The position numbers and the translations under genes were made by a program. The notes below the pieces were generated by a model. The model was given only the letters and a program-made list of their open reading frames with translations. It searched no databases and was not told where the DNA came from. From positions 186,001 to 250,000 of IMG/VR virus record IMGVR_UViG_3300024259_002152: 64,000 nucleotides of DNA. One strand, given 5' to 3'. Below, piece after piece: positions 19,929 through 28,277 of this stretch. Numbering within the stretch: position 1 is the first letter of the stretch; each line of letters starts with the position of its first letter.

Positions 19929-20891
19929 ATGTTTTTTAAAGATAAAAATATTTTAGTAACAGGGGCATCTGGATTTACGGGAACTAATCTTATTAAAAGA
20001 TTGCTAGAAGAAGGTTCTAATGTCAGGGGGGTATTGCATCATAAAGAACCTCAAACTGATTTTGATTCTAATAAAATTAGTTATATGTGGGGTGATTTAA
20101 CTAATAAAGAAGATTGCAAAAAAGTAGTAGATGGAATTGATTATGTTTTTATGTGCTCTGCAAATACATCTGGTGCGGCAGTTATGGAAAGTACCCCTTT
20201 GGCTCATGTTACTCCAAATGTGATTATGAACGCTTTAATGCTAGAAGCTGCTTATGAGGCAGGGGTAAAAAAGTTTATGTTTATGAGTAGTACGACCGTA
20301 TATCCTATTTCTGAATATCCTTTGAAAGAAGATGATATTAGTGACGAGTTTTATAGTAAATATTTTTTTGTTGGGTGGATGAAAAGATTTTCAGAAATTA
20401 TGTGTGAAATGTATGGCAGCAAAATCAAAAAACCAATGACAACAATAATAATTAGACCAGGGAATTTGTATGGAGATTATGATGATTATGAGTGGGATAC
20501 TTCTCATTCGACTGCTGCTTTAATTAGAAGGGTAGTAGAAAGACATGATCCATTGGTGGTTTGGGGAGATGGAAGTGATTTAAAAGATATTACTTATATC
20601 TCTGATTTGATTGATGGAATAATTACTTCTATGGAGAATATCGAAAAATTTACTATTATTAATATAGCTAGCGGTAAATCTTATAGTATTAAAGAAACAT
20701 TAAATACCATTCTGGAAGTAGATGGCTATACAGATGCTAATGTGGAATACGATTTAACTAAACCCACTATGATTCCTAAAAGATTGATAGATATAACTAA
20801 GGCGAAAGAGTTGATAGATTTTAAACCTAAATTTGATTTGAGGTCCGGTATAGAGAGGACCATAAAACATTATAGAGAAAATAATAAATAA
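19929..20891 (+). CDS. NAD-dependent epimerase/reductase (GDP-fucose-synthase-like SDR), paralogue 3
   Basis: TGASGFTG, IRPGNLYG, HSTAALIRR, WGDGS; the YxxxK position reads VGWMK. Confidence 0.85.
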   Translation: MFFKDKNILVTGASGFTGTNLIKRLLEEGSNVRGVLHHKEPQTDFDSNKISYMWGDLTNKEDCKKVVDGIDYVFMCSANTSGAAVMESTPLAHVTPNVIMNALMLEAAYEAGVKKFMFMSSTTVYPISEYPLKEDDISDEFYSKYFFVGWMKRFSEIMCEMYGSKIKKPMTTIIIRPGNLYGDYDDYEWDTSHSTAALIRRVVERHDPLVVWGDGSDLKDITYISDLIDGIITSMENIEKFTIINIASGKSYSIKETLNTILEVDGYTDANVEYDLTKPTMIPKRLIDITKAKELIDFKPKFDLRSGIERTIKHYRENNK

Positions 20892-20919
20892 TGGAAGAAT
20901 TTTTTAAAGGGCAAATAAT

Positions 20920-22305
20920 ATGAAAAATAATTTGGATTTGTTACTAGTAGAACCATGTTTAGATTGGAAGATAAATTTAAAAAGAAAAAAGGGCATGAGA
21001 ATTACTAAGAAGGAGGATGTTAAAGAAGGACTGAAAATATCTACGGCATATCTTATAGCGTCAATTAAAAATAAAGGCTTTAAGGTAAAGTTTATAGATA
21101 TGACTTTGGAAGAAATGAATGCAGATGATCTGATAGAGTATATTAGAAATAATTCTCCCACAATTGTTGGTATGCCTGCTTTTACTTTTCAAATTCCAGT
21201 AGTAATTCAATTATTTTCTCAAATAAAAAAAGCTTTTCCAAATATCATTTTATGTATCGGGGGGTGTCATGTCTCTGCGTTGCCTGAAAGAACATTAGAA
21301 GAGTGTCCTGATGCTGATTTCGTGATTCAGGGAGAAGCAGAAACTAGTATGCCAATGATTATTGAGAGAATCAATGCTGATAAGGACATTTCAGATATAT
21401 CTGGAGTGATTATAAGAGGTCAAAAAAATTCTAATGATGTATTTTTTGAGGATGTTAATAATCTTCCATTTCCAGCGTGGGAAGAATTTAGAATAAATAA
21501 AGATTTACACAATATGAAAAAACCGTGGTTGCCGATAACAACAGGTAGGGGATGCCCTTTTAGATGCGTTTTTTGTTGTAGGCAGTCTGGGGATCATTGT
21601 AGGAGGAGAACTGTGGAATCGGTAATGGAGGAAATAGAAAGAAATATAAGAGACTTCGATTGTAATACAATAAGTTTTATGGATGAAACCTTTATTTTGA
21701 ATAAACGATGGACGGACCATTTTTTGGATTCTATGCTTTCTTCTGGACTGAATAAAAAAATTAAATGGTTATGTGGGACTAGAGTTAATTCAGTGTCATT
21801 AGAATTACTTAAAAGAATGAAAGAAGCAGGTTGTTTTTCTGTTTTTTACGGATTTGAGAATGCTGATGAAAATGTGTTAGATATCATTAAAAAAGGTACT
21901 ACTCCTAAACAGATGCAAAATGCTGTAGAATGGACAAAACAATCGAAGATAGCCCCTCTAGGGTCATTTATAGTAGGTTTGCCAGGGGAGTCTAAAAGCA
22001 CTGTTCTTAAAACAATTGAATTTGGTACAAATTTAGATTTATATTCCATAACATTTCAGATAGCAGTCCCATATCCTGGTACTGAACTTAGAGAAATGGC
22101 TCTTGCGGGAGAATATGGTATGAGGGTAATGTCGGATGATTGGGCAGAATATATAGCTAACGATCATGATATTTATGGAAGGGGAAAGATAGGGCATTTA
22201 GAAAGTGTTGATTTACCATGGCAAGTAAGAAGAGAGTTACAGAAATATGGATATAGTAAAAATCCGAAAAAAGATTTATCAGAATACATACGGTCTTTAA
22301 GTTAA
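20920..22305 (+). CDS. B12-binding radical SAM protein 2
   Basis: CIGGCHVSALP, TGRGCPFRCVFC, MDETF, YGFEN, IVGLPGE, PYPGT. Confidence 0.9.
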   Translation: MKNNLDLLLVEPCLDWKINLKRKKGMRITKKEDVKEGLKISTAYLIASIKNKGFKVKFIDMTLEEMNADDLIEYIRNNSPTIVGMPAFTFQIPVVIQLFSQIKKAFPNIILCIGGCHVSALPERTLEECPDADFVIQGEAETSMPMIIERINADKDISDISGVIIRGQKNSNDVFFEDVNNLPFPAWEEFRINKDLHNMKKPWLPITTGRGCPFRCVFCCRQSGDHCRRRTVESVMEEIERNIRDFDCNTISFMDETFILNKRWTDHFLDSMLSSGLNKKIKWLCGTRVNSVSLELLKRMKEAGCFSVFYGFENADENVLDIIKKGTTPKQMQNAVEWTKQSKIAPLGSFIVGLPGESKSTVLKTIEFGTNLDLYSITFQIAVPYPGTELREMALAGEYGMRVMSDDWAEYIANDHDIYGRGKIGHLESVDLPWQVRRELQKYGYSKNPKKDLSEYIRSLS

Positions 22306-22329
22306 ATAAAAATATAGGAGATATGTAAC

Positions 22330-22764
22330 ATGGAAAGAAAATGGTTACCAAATTTTTCGGAATTAATCGACAGATTGTCGATTCATCAACTAAAAGAAGT
22401 TTTTCTCCCAGAGCATAAGGATAAATATGCTAAAGAGATGAAAGATATTGAGAATGATATTGATATTATTATTAAAGAGAATGATATTAAAATAACTGGA
22501 AAAATGATTAGAACTATTATTATAATGGCACAGATGAATGAGCATATTTGGTATAATGAGTCAAAAGCAAGAAGCGGAGTTGATCAAGATGTTAATTTGC
22601 TTAAACTTACTCATGGGATCAATGGCCTGCGTAATAGGGCTGGTAACTATCTTCTTGAACAGATAGGAGATTGCGAAAAAAGAGATTGGAAGACTGATTG
22701 TCTAGCGGCAGAATTTAAAGATTGGGAAACCAGTTTATTCGATGATGATCTATCATCTGAATAA
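22330..22764 (+). CDS. Conserved hypothetical protein (DUF6165-like helical)
   Basis: SELIDRLSIHQLK...NEHIWYNES...NGLR pattern; AGGAG SD. Confidence 0.5.
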   Translation: MERKWLPNFSELIDRLSIHQLKEVFLPEHKDKYAKEMKDIENDIDIIIKENDIKITGKMIRTIIIMAQMNEHIWYNESKARSGVDQDVNLLKLTHGINGLRNRAGNYLLEQIGDCEKRDWKTDCLAAEFKDWETSLFDDDLSSE

Positions 22765-22866
22765 GGAACAAAAGTTTTTTTAAGAATGTTATCATAGATG
22801 AAATTAATTAGAGATTTATACATGGGCGATACAAAATAAACAAAAATATTTTTAATGGAGAATAAA

Positions 22867-23661
22867 ATGCAAAAAGTGGGTATTATAGGTTATGGGATAA
22901 TAGGTCAAGCAGTAGCTAAGCTATTTACAGGCAAAGCACAGTTGTGTATATATGATTCTAATCCTAGAACTATTTTTAACACAGAAGAGCACAAAAAATC
23001 TATTAATAATTGTAATATAGCTTTTATATGCGTTCCTACTCCTCATAATCAATATGATGGTTTAGATATGTCCATTGTGGAGAGAGTGGTAAAAGAGTTG
23101 AATCCAGGAATATTTGTATGTTGTTCTGCTTTACAACCTGGCACAGCAGATAACTTAACAAAAGAATATAGAAAAAAAATAGTTGTTCAACCAGAATATT
23201 TTGGAGAGACTACCAATCATCCTCTTACTAACTTATCTCAAAGTCCATTTCTGATTTTAGGAGGAGAGAATAAAGATGTAGGTGAAGTTATAAGATTATA
23301 TCAAAAAGTATATAACGCGAGTGTGAGAATAAGAAAGGTAACAGCTTTAGAAGCAGAAGTGATCAAACTTTCAGAGAATAGAGCCATAGCATATAAAGTC
23401 GCTCAGTGTCAAGAACTATACGATGTTTGTCAAAAATCAGGGGTTGATTATGAAACTATTAGACAGGCAGTTTATGGCGATGACCCTAGGTTTAATTTGT
23501 GGTGGACTTTTGTATATGATGATAATAGGGGATTAAATTCTAAATGCATTCCTAAAGATGTTTATGGATGGCACAAATGGGCAGAAGATGCTGGGATAAA
23601 CCCAGAGCTTACCGGAAGTTTATTAGAATATAATAATACTTTGATAAAGAAAGATAAATAA
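22867..23661 (+). CDS. Short UDP-glucose/GDP-mannose dehydrogenase family protein 1 (divergent)
   Basis: IIGYGIIG, FICVPTP, QPEY, EVIKLSEN, SKCIPKD; no C-terminal domain. ATG 22867 has a GGAG SD (track start 22855). Confidence 0.75.
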   Translation: MQKVGIIGYGIIGQAVAKLFTGKAQLCIYDSNPRTIFNTEEHKKSINNCNIAFICVPTPHNQYDGLDMSIVERVVKELNPGIFVCCSALQPGTADNLTKEYRKKIVVQPEYFGETTNHPLTNLSQSPFLILGGENKDVGEVIRLYQKVYNASVRIRKVTALEAEVIKLSENRAIAYKVAQCQELYDVCQKSGVDYETIRQAVYGDDPRFNLWWTFVYDDNRGLNSKCIPKDVYGWHKWAEDAGINPELTGSLLEYNNTLIKKDK

Positions 23662-23663
23662 AT

Positions 23664-24512
23664 ATGAAAAATACAATCGGCGTGATTGGTTGCGGTTTTG
23701 TTGGAAAGGCGGTGACGAAAGGATTCGCGCAATTTTCGGACGTGAAGATATATGATATAGATGAGAAAAAATCAACCCACAATTTTGAAGAAGTAATAAG
23801 TTGTGAGTTTGTATTTTTATGTTTGCCAACTCCTATGATTTCCGCAGAAGGTGGAAAAACTAATTTAACTATATTTGAAAAATGTATTGCAGATATAGAT
23901 AATATTAAAGATAGAAATAAGGGCTCTATTTATATTATTAAATCTACAGTGCCAATAGGAACGACTAAAAGACTATCTGCACAATACCCACATATGCATT
24001 TAGTGCATTGTCCAGAATTTTTAACAGCTCGTTCCTATCTGATTGATTTTATTTGTCCATCTAGGAATATAGTTGGATGTGAAAATATATTTGTAGGGGG
24101 GAAAGTTAAAAGCTTGTTAGAAGATAGATTTCCAGGAACTCTATGTATAATGATGACATCTCAAGAGTCTGAAACAGTTAAATATATGTCAAATGCCTTT
24201 TTGGCAACCAAAGTTATGTTTTTTAACGAGATGAAATTACTAACTGATAAAAAGAATTTATCCTGGGACAAAATTTTAGAAGGAGTTATGAGTGATGGAA
24301 GAATAGGGACATCGCACTATCAAGTGCCAGGGCATGATGGGCAAATGGGATTTGGGGGTGTGTGTTTTCCTAAGGATATTAATTCTTTGATTGATACAAT
24401 GGAAAAGAGCGGTATTGATCCGATAGTTTTAAAGGCAGTGTGGGAACAAAATAAAAAGATCAGAAAAAATTGGGGTTGGGAAAATGATACTTCTGCTGTC
24501 ATGAAAGATTAA
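23664..24512 (+). CDS. Short UDP-glucose/GDP-mannose dehydrogenase family protein 2
   Basis: VIGCGFVG, LPTP, KSTVPIGT, CPEFL, ETVKYMSNAFLATKV, GFGGVCFPKD; ends soon after PKD. Confidence 0.88.
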   Translation: MKNTIGVIGCGFVGKAVTKGFAQFSDVKIYDIDEKKSTHNFEEVISCEFVFLCLPTPMISAEGGKTNLTIFEKCIADIDNIKDRNKGSIYIIKSTVPIGTTKRLSAQYPHMHLVHCPEFLTARSYLIDFICPSRNIVGCENIFVGGKVKSLLEDRFPGTLCIMMTSQESETVKYMSNAFLATKVMFFNEMKLLTDKKNLSWDKILEGVMSDGRIGTSHYQVPGHDGQMGFGGVCFPKDINSLIDTMEKSGIDPIVLKAVWEQNKKIRKNWGWENDTSAVMKD

Positions 24513-24520
24513 TAGTAAGT

Positions 24521-25360
24521 ATGCATTTAAACAGGAAGAAAATCAAACAAAATAAATTGAAGATTTCTCCTAGGGGAGGGAAAAAAAAGAAGATAAAAAT
24601 AGCTGATCCAAAACCAGTTGTTAGACCCGTCAAAAGATCTAAAAAGAAAAATAAACAATTAAGAATTAGTAAGACATCTGGTTTAAATAGTATAGATATT
24701 AAGAATTTTGGGGATAAGTCACTTTATAAACCAATTCGTGAATGGAAAAGCTTATTAGAAGGACAAGCAGCTTTTATATTGGGGAATGCTCCCAGCATAA
24801 CGAGACAGAATCTAGATATTTTGAATCCGTATTTTACGATAGGTGTTAATAGGATATTATATATTTTTACTCCGACTATATTGATTTGGCAAGATATTCA
24901 GATGTGGAATAGCGAAAAGAAAAAAATAGCTAATAATAAATCGTTAAAAATATGTAATAGCGTTAGTGATCCTCGTAAGGCATTTCTAAATTTTAAAGTT
25001 AAGGGTGGAAATTTTAAATTCGGGAATGATCCTTCCATATTGCATGGTACAGGGAATACTACAGCTTTAGCAGCTCAACTAGCTGTTAATTTAGGTTGTT
25101 CGGATATAATTTTATTAGGAACAGATTGTCAATATCAATCTGGAAAAACAGATTTTTATGGCAAGAATAAAGATCATAAATCATATACGTTAAAAATGTG
25201 TAACGTGGCTATGGAGTGGATGAGAGACAATTGTCCTATTCCTGTACATAATTGTAGTAAGAATAAGCTCTGGCCTGAAGAAAATATAGTAGATGTTATA
25301 AAAAAATTAGGCCCTAAGAAACTAAATAGAAAAGAATATATTAGAAAGTTTAAACGATAA
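24521..25360 (+). CDS. DUF115/MAF_flag10-like protein with Lys/Arg-rich N-terminus
   Basis: FILGNAPSI, TIGVNR, GNTTALAAQLAVNLGCSDIILLGTDCQY. Confidence 0.7.
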   Translation: MHLNRKKIKQNKLKISPRGGKKKKIKIADPKPVVRPVKRSKKKNKQLRISKTSGLNSIDIKNFGDKSLYKPIREWKSLLEGQAAFILGNAPSITRQNLDILNPYFTIGVNRILYIFTPTILIWQDIQMWNSEKKKIANNKSLKICNSVSDPRKAFLNFKVKGGNFKFGNDPSILHGTGNTTALAAQLAVNLGCSDIILLGTDCQYQSGKTDFYGKNKDHKSYTLKMCNVAMEWMRDNCPIPVHNCSKNKLWPEENIVDVIKKLGPKKLNRKEYIRKFKR

Positions 25361-25623
25361 TGTATGGAATAGATTTTAATAATCAATTAGTTGATTACTT
25401 ACTAGATGATGATAGAAAAATTCCTAAAGCACATCTAGAAGGGGTATGTAAAATCGAGCAAAAAGATAAAACATGTCGATTTATTGCTTTGTCAAAGATA
25501 GGATATGTGTGCATGAAAAAAAGTCCTGCTAAGGTTAAGCTAGATGAAATGGCAAAAGATGGAAATATGGTGGCACAGTCCGACAACTGCGAGGGGTTGG
25601 GAGATATATATGGTAAAAGTTAA
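25360..25623 (+). CDS. Small Cys-containing hypothetical protein
   Basis: 87-aa ORF coupled to both neighbours; four Cys (VCK, TCRF, VCMK, DNCEG). Confidence 0.6.
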   Translation: MYGIDFNNQLVDYLLDDDRKIPKAHLEGVCKIEQKDKTCRFIALSKIGYVCMKKSPAKVKLDEMAKDGNMVAQSDNCEGLGDIYGKS

Positions 25624-26473
25624 TAATAAAAAGACTTTAAAAGTGAAAAAGAAGACGGTAAACTTAAAAAGTAAAGCAGTTAAGAAGAAAGCAGTTAAGA
25701 AGAAAGCAGTTAAGAAGAAAGCAGTTAAGAAGAAAGCAGTTAAGAAGAAAGCAGTTAAGAAGAAAGCAGTTAAGAAGAAAGCAGTTAAGAAGAAAGCAGT
25801 TAAGAAGAAAGTAGTTAAGAAGAAAGCAGTTAAGAAGAAAGCAGTTAAGAAGAAAGCAGTTAAGAAGAAAGCAGTTAAGAAGAAAGCATTTAAGAAGAAA
25901 GCAGTTAAGAAGAAAGTAGTTAAGAAGAAAGTAGTTAAGAAGAAAGTAGTTAAGAAGAAAGCAGTTAAGAAGAAAGCAGTTAAGAAGAAAGCAGTTAAGA
26001 AGAAAGCAGTTAAGAAGAAAGCAGTTAAGAAGAAAGCAGTTAAGAAGAAAGCAGTTAAGAAGAAAGTAGTTAAGAAGAAAGTAGTTAAGAAGAAAGTAGT
26101 TAAGAAGAAAGCAGTTAAGAGAGTTGCTAAACAAAAGGCTGTTAAAAAGAAAACAACTAGGAAAAAGGAAGTAAAAAAGAAAGCTAGAAAAAGAGTTTCT
26201 AGAAAGAAAATATTAATGGAAGATATTTATTCGATTATCAATAAGGCTCAATTTGGTAAAAGAAAAATAACATTTGTGACTGATCTGGCTGATGCTCCAA
26301 CCATAGAGAACAATATTAAAGATGTGGAGTTAAAATACGATAAAGTAGAGATGAAAACACAAGTAGTTTTTACTTTATACCCTAATGAGAAGAAATATGA
26401 TGAAGTAATGGATACTATACATTTTGATATTATGGACGATGAAATACCTGATATTGGACAAATTTTTGGATAA
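25610..26473 (+). CDS. Histone H1-like lysine-rich repeat protein with acidic C-terminal domain
   Basis: (A/V)VKKK pentapeptide x29 followed by a unique ~115-aa tail; ATG 25610 with GGAG SD. Confidence 0.75.
   Translation: MVKVNNKKTLKVKKKTVNLKSKAVKKKAVKKKAVKKKAVKKKAVKKKAVKKKAVKKKAVKKKAVKKKVVKKKAVKKKAVKKKAVKKKAVKKKAFKKKAVKKKVVKKKVVKKKVVKKKAVKKKAVKKKAVKKKAVKKKAVKKKAVKKKAVKKKVVKKKVVKKKVVKKKAVKRVAKQKAVKKKTTRKKEVKKKARKRVSRKKILMEDIYSIINKAQFGKRKITFVTDLADAPTIENNIKDVELKYDKVEMKTQVVFTLYPNEKKYDEVMDTIHFDIMDDEIPDIGQIFG
25676..26120 (+). repeat. Tandem 15-bp repeat G(C/T)AGTTAAGAAGAAA, 29 full units plus a partial unit
   Basis: Directly visible; variants are GCA/GTA and one GTT>TTT; no spacers. Confidence 0.98.
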
Positions 26474-26525
26474 GTCCTTTGTTAATAAGTACTTATGTTA
26501 ATTTTCTATATTGTTAAAAAAACAT

Positions 26526-26553
26526 TTGAAAGTGAAAATGAATACTTTATAAT
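26526..26553 (+). promoter_or_regulatory. Sigma70-type promoter, motif copy 1
   Basis: TTGAAA-GTGAAAATGAATACTT-TATAAT (16-nt spacer), intergenic. Confidence 0.7.
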
Positions 26554-26621
26554 GATAGTTGGTATGAAATGTAGAGATATTGTCCAAAAGTAAGCAGTAG
26601 CAGATAGGATGAAGCATAAAA

Positions 26622-27509
26622 GTGAAAGATGAACAATTATTAAATAATTCCCTCTTATATCCTGATTTTCTTTGTGAGTCAGGTAGCCATTTATATGGAA
26701 TGGTTACGCCTACATCAGATTATGATTTGAGGGGATTTGTATTTCCTCCATTTTCATATCTTGTTGGGATTAAGAAATTTGAGTGCCAAGAAATGGAAGG
26801 AGATAAGAAAATTTATAGTGCTGCTCATTTTCTTAGATTGGCAATGAAGGGAGATCCTCAATGTTCGGAAAGTTTTTTTGCAAATAAAGAGAATATTGTG
26901 CAATGTTCGGAATTGGGCAAAGAAATAATGGATCTAAAGGATGATATTATTAGTAATGCCATTTATGGAAGAATCATGGGATATAGTACAGGAGAATGGC
27001 GTAAGGCAATGGCGGTTAAATTAGTTTCGACTAAATTTAATAAAACTAAAAAAGAGATTATAAATGATGTGCGTAATCATTGGACTCTTAATAAAGAGAA
27101 TATGGATAGGATTATCGAAATTCTCGATTCCGTAGATAAGAAAAAATGTGTTTCTTCAATGACTGGTCTTGGGGCTAAAAGAAAGGCAGATATTGAGCAA
27201 TATGGTTTTTGCAGGAAGAGTGCTGCCCATTCGATTCGTCTTGTAAGGCAGTTGACAGAGCTTATGGAAACGGGAACGATGACATTTCCTCGCCCCGATA
27301 AGGATGTGCTTTTAGATATCAGGAACGGTAAATACACAAAAGAAGATATGGAAGTAATGCATGATGAATCTGTTGCCCAAGCAGAAAGAATGCGTGATAA
27401 GTCTGTCCTTCCTGATAGGCCTAATGAAAAAAGAGTTTGGAAAAAGTATTCAGAGTTAGTTGCAAATGTTATCCAGAAGGATGTAAAATTTTTGCAACTT
27501 GTACAATAA
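26622..27509 (+). CDS. DNA polymerase beta-superfamily nucleotidyltransferase (phage type)
   Basis: ESGSHLYGMVTPTSDYDLRG (GS...DxD), KSAAHSIRL, LLDIRNGKY. Confidence 0.85.
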   Translation: MKDEQLLNNSLLYPDFLCESGSHLYGMVTPTSDYDLRGFVFPPFSYLVGIKKFECQEMEGDKKIYSAAHFLRLAMKGDPQCSESFFANKENIVQCSELGKEIMDLKDDIISNAIYGRIMGYSTGEWRKAMAVKLVSTKFNKTKKEIINDVRNHWTLNKENMDRIIEILDSVDKKKCVSSMTGLGAKRKADIEQYGFCRKSAAHSIRLVRQLTELMETGTMTFPRPDKDVLLDIRNGKYTKEDMEVMHDESVAQAERMRDKSVLPDRPNEKRVWKKYSELVANVIQKDVKFLQLVQ

Positions 27510-27535
27510 TGTTGTTATTTTGTTAGGATGGTAAT

Positions 27536-27940
27536 ATGGAACAGAAGAGAAATTTCAGAGGATTAAAAAAATATGAATCTTTGTTGAAAACAATTTGTAT
27601 GGTAGATGATTATGGTCATTTACCCGAGGCGGAATGGGAGGGTTGTTTAGGGATAGCTTGTGTTATTTCTGTGATAGAAGGAGCGACTCCTAATCTATTT
27701 TCTTTGTCAAAACATCTAGATATTCCTCATTATAATATCAATCTACAAAATGCTTTTGAGAGATTGAGAATTAGCGGTATATTTAATGCTAGACATGATA
27801 TCAAAAATGATCCTTTATTAATTGGAAATGGAGTTGATGGCAAATGGAGAACTGCTGCTGAGGCAGAAAGGGGAGCGTGGTGCCATGTCTCAGGGGTTGC
27901 TGGGGGACTCATTGGTCTAGGAAAAACGCTTGAAAAGTGA
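27536..27940 (+). CDS. Hypothetical protein
   Basis: 134-aa ORF with protein-like composition; no family recognised. Confidence 0.55.
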   Translation: MEQKRNFRGLKKYESLLKTICMVDDYGHLPEAEWEGCLGIACVISVIEGATPNLFSLSKHLDIPHYNINLQNAFERLRISGIFNARHDIKNDPLLIGNGVDGKWRTAAEAERGAWCHVSGVAGGLIGLGKTLEK

Positions 27941-27957
27941 AAGTAAAGTAGTATAAT
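27930..27957 (+). promoter_or_regulatory. Sigma70-type promoter, motif copy 2
   Basis: TTGAAA-AGTGAAAGTAAAGTAG-TATAAT; overlaps the stop of the preceding gene. Confidence 0.75.
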
Positions 27958-27995
27958 AAGTAGTATATTAGTTGTTATTTTATTAGGAGAACCAT

Positions 27996-28211
27996 ATGAG
28001 AGTTCAAAAAAGAAGAGTTAATACGAAAAGACACACAATTGGCTGGAAAATTGGCGGAAAATGGGTATCGCGTAGAGATGCCTGGGACCTTGCTCGACAA
28101 GGGAGGGTCGAAGGGGTTGTTGCTTGTCGAGGGGAAAGTGGAGTATATATTCAATCACACCCTAATGCATCGACGAGACTTTATGACCTTGATGAGGTTG
28201 TAGACGCTTAG
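27996..28211 (+). CDS. Small DUF3892-like protein
   Basis: WVSRRDAWDLARQGRVEGV...YIQSHPN...LYDL; AGGAG SD. Confidence 0.55.
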   Translation: MRVQKRRVNTKRHTIGWKIGGKWVSRRDAWDLARQGRVEGVVACRGESGVYIQSHPNASTRLYDLDEVVDA

Positions 28212-28277
28212 AAGGTATAGGAAAATATTGTTTTTCATCCTCCTCCGTGGCATGGGCGTGTAAATTTTTACATTTAT

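Noticed and set aside
25676-26120. 15-bp array as a CRISPR array or non-coding satellite
   Set aside because: Units are contiguous with no spacers, length is a multiple of 3, and it lies in frame in a protein with an SD and a unique tail.
25664-26134. Minus-strand 156-aa ORF (CFLLN repeats)
   Set aside because: Antisense shadow of the AVKKK array; no stop arises simply because of the repeat unit.
26485-26496. Perfect palindrome ATAAGTACTTAT upstream of promoter copy 1
   Set aside because: Single AT-rich 12-mer with no second copy noticed near the other promoter copies; plausible by chance.
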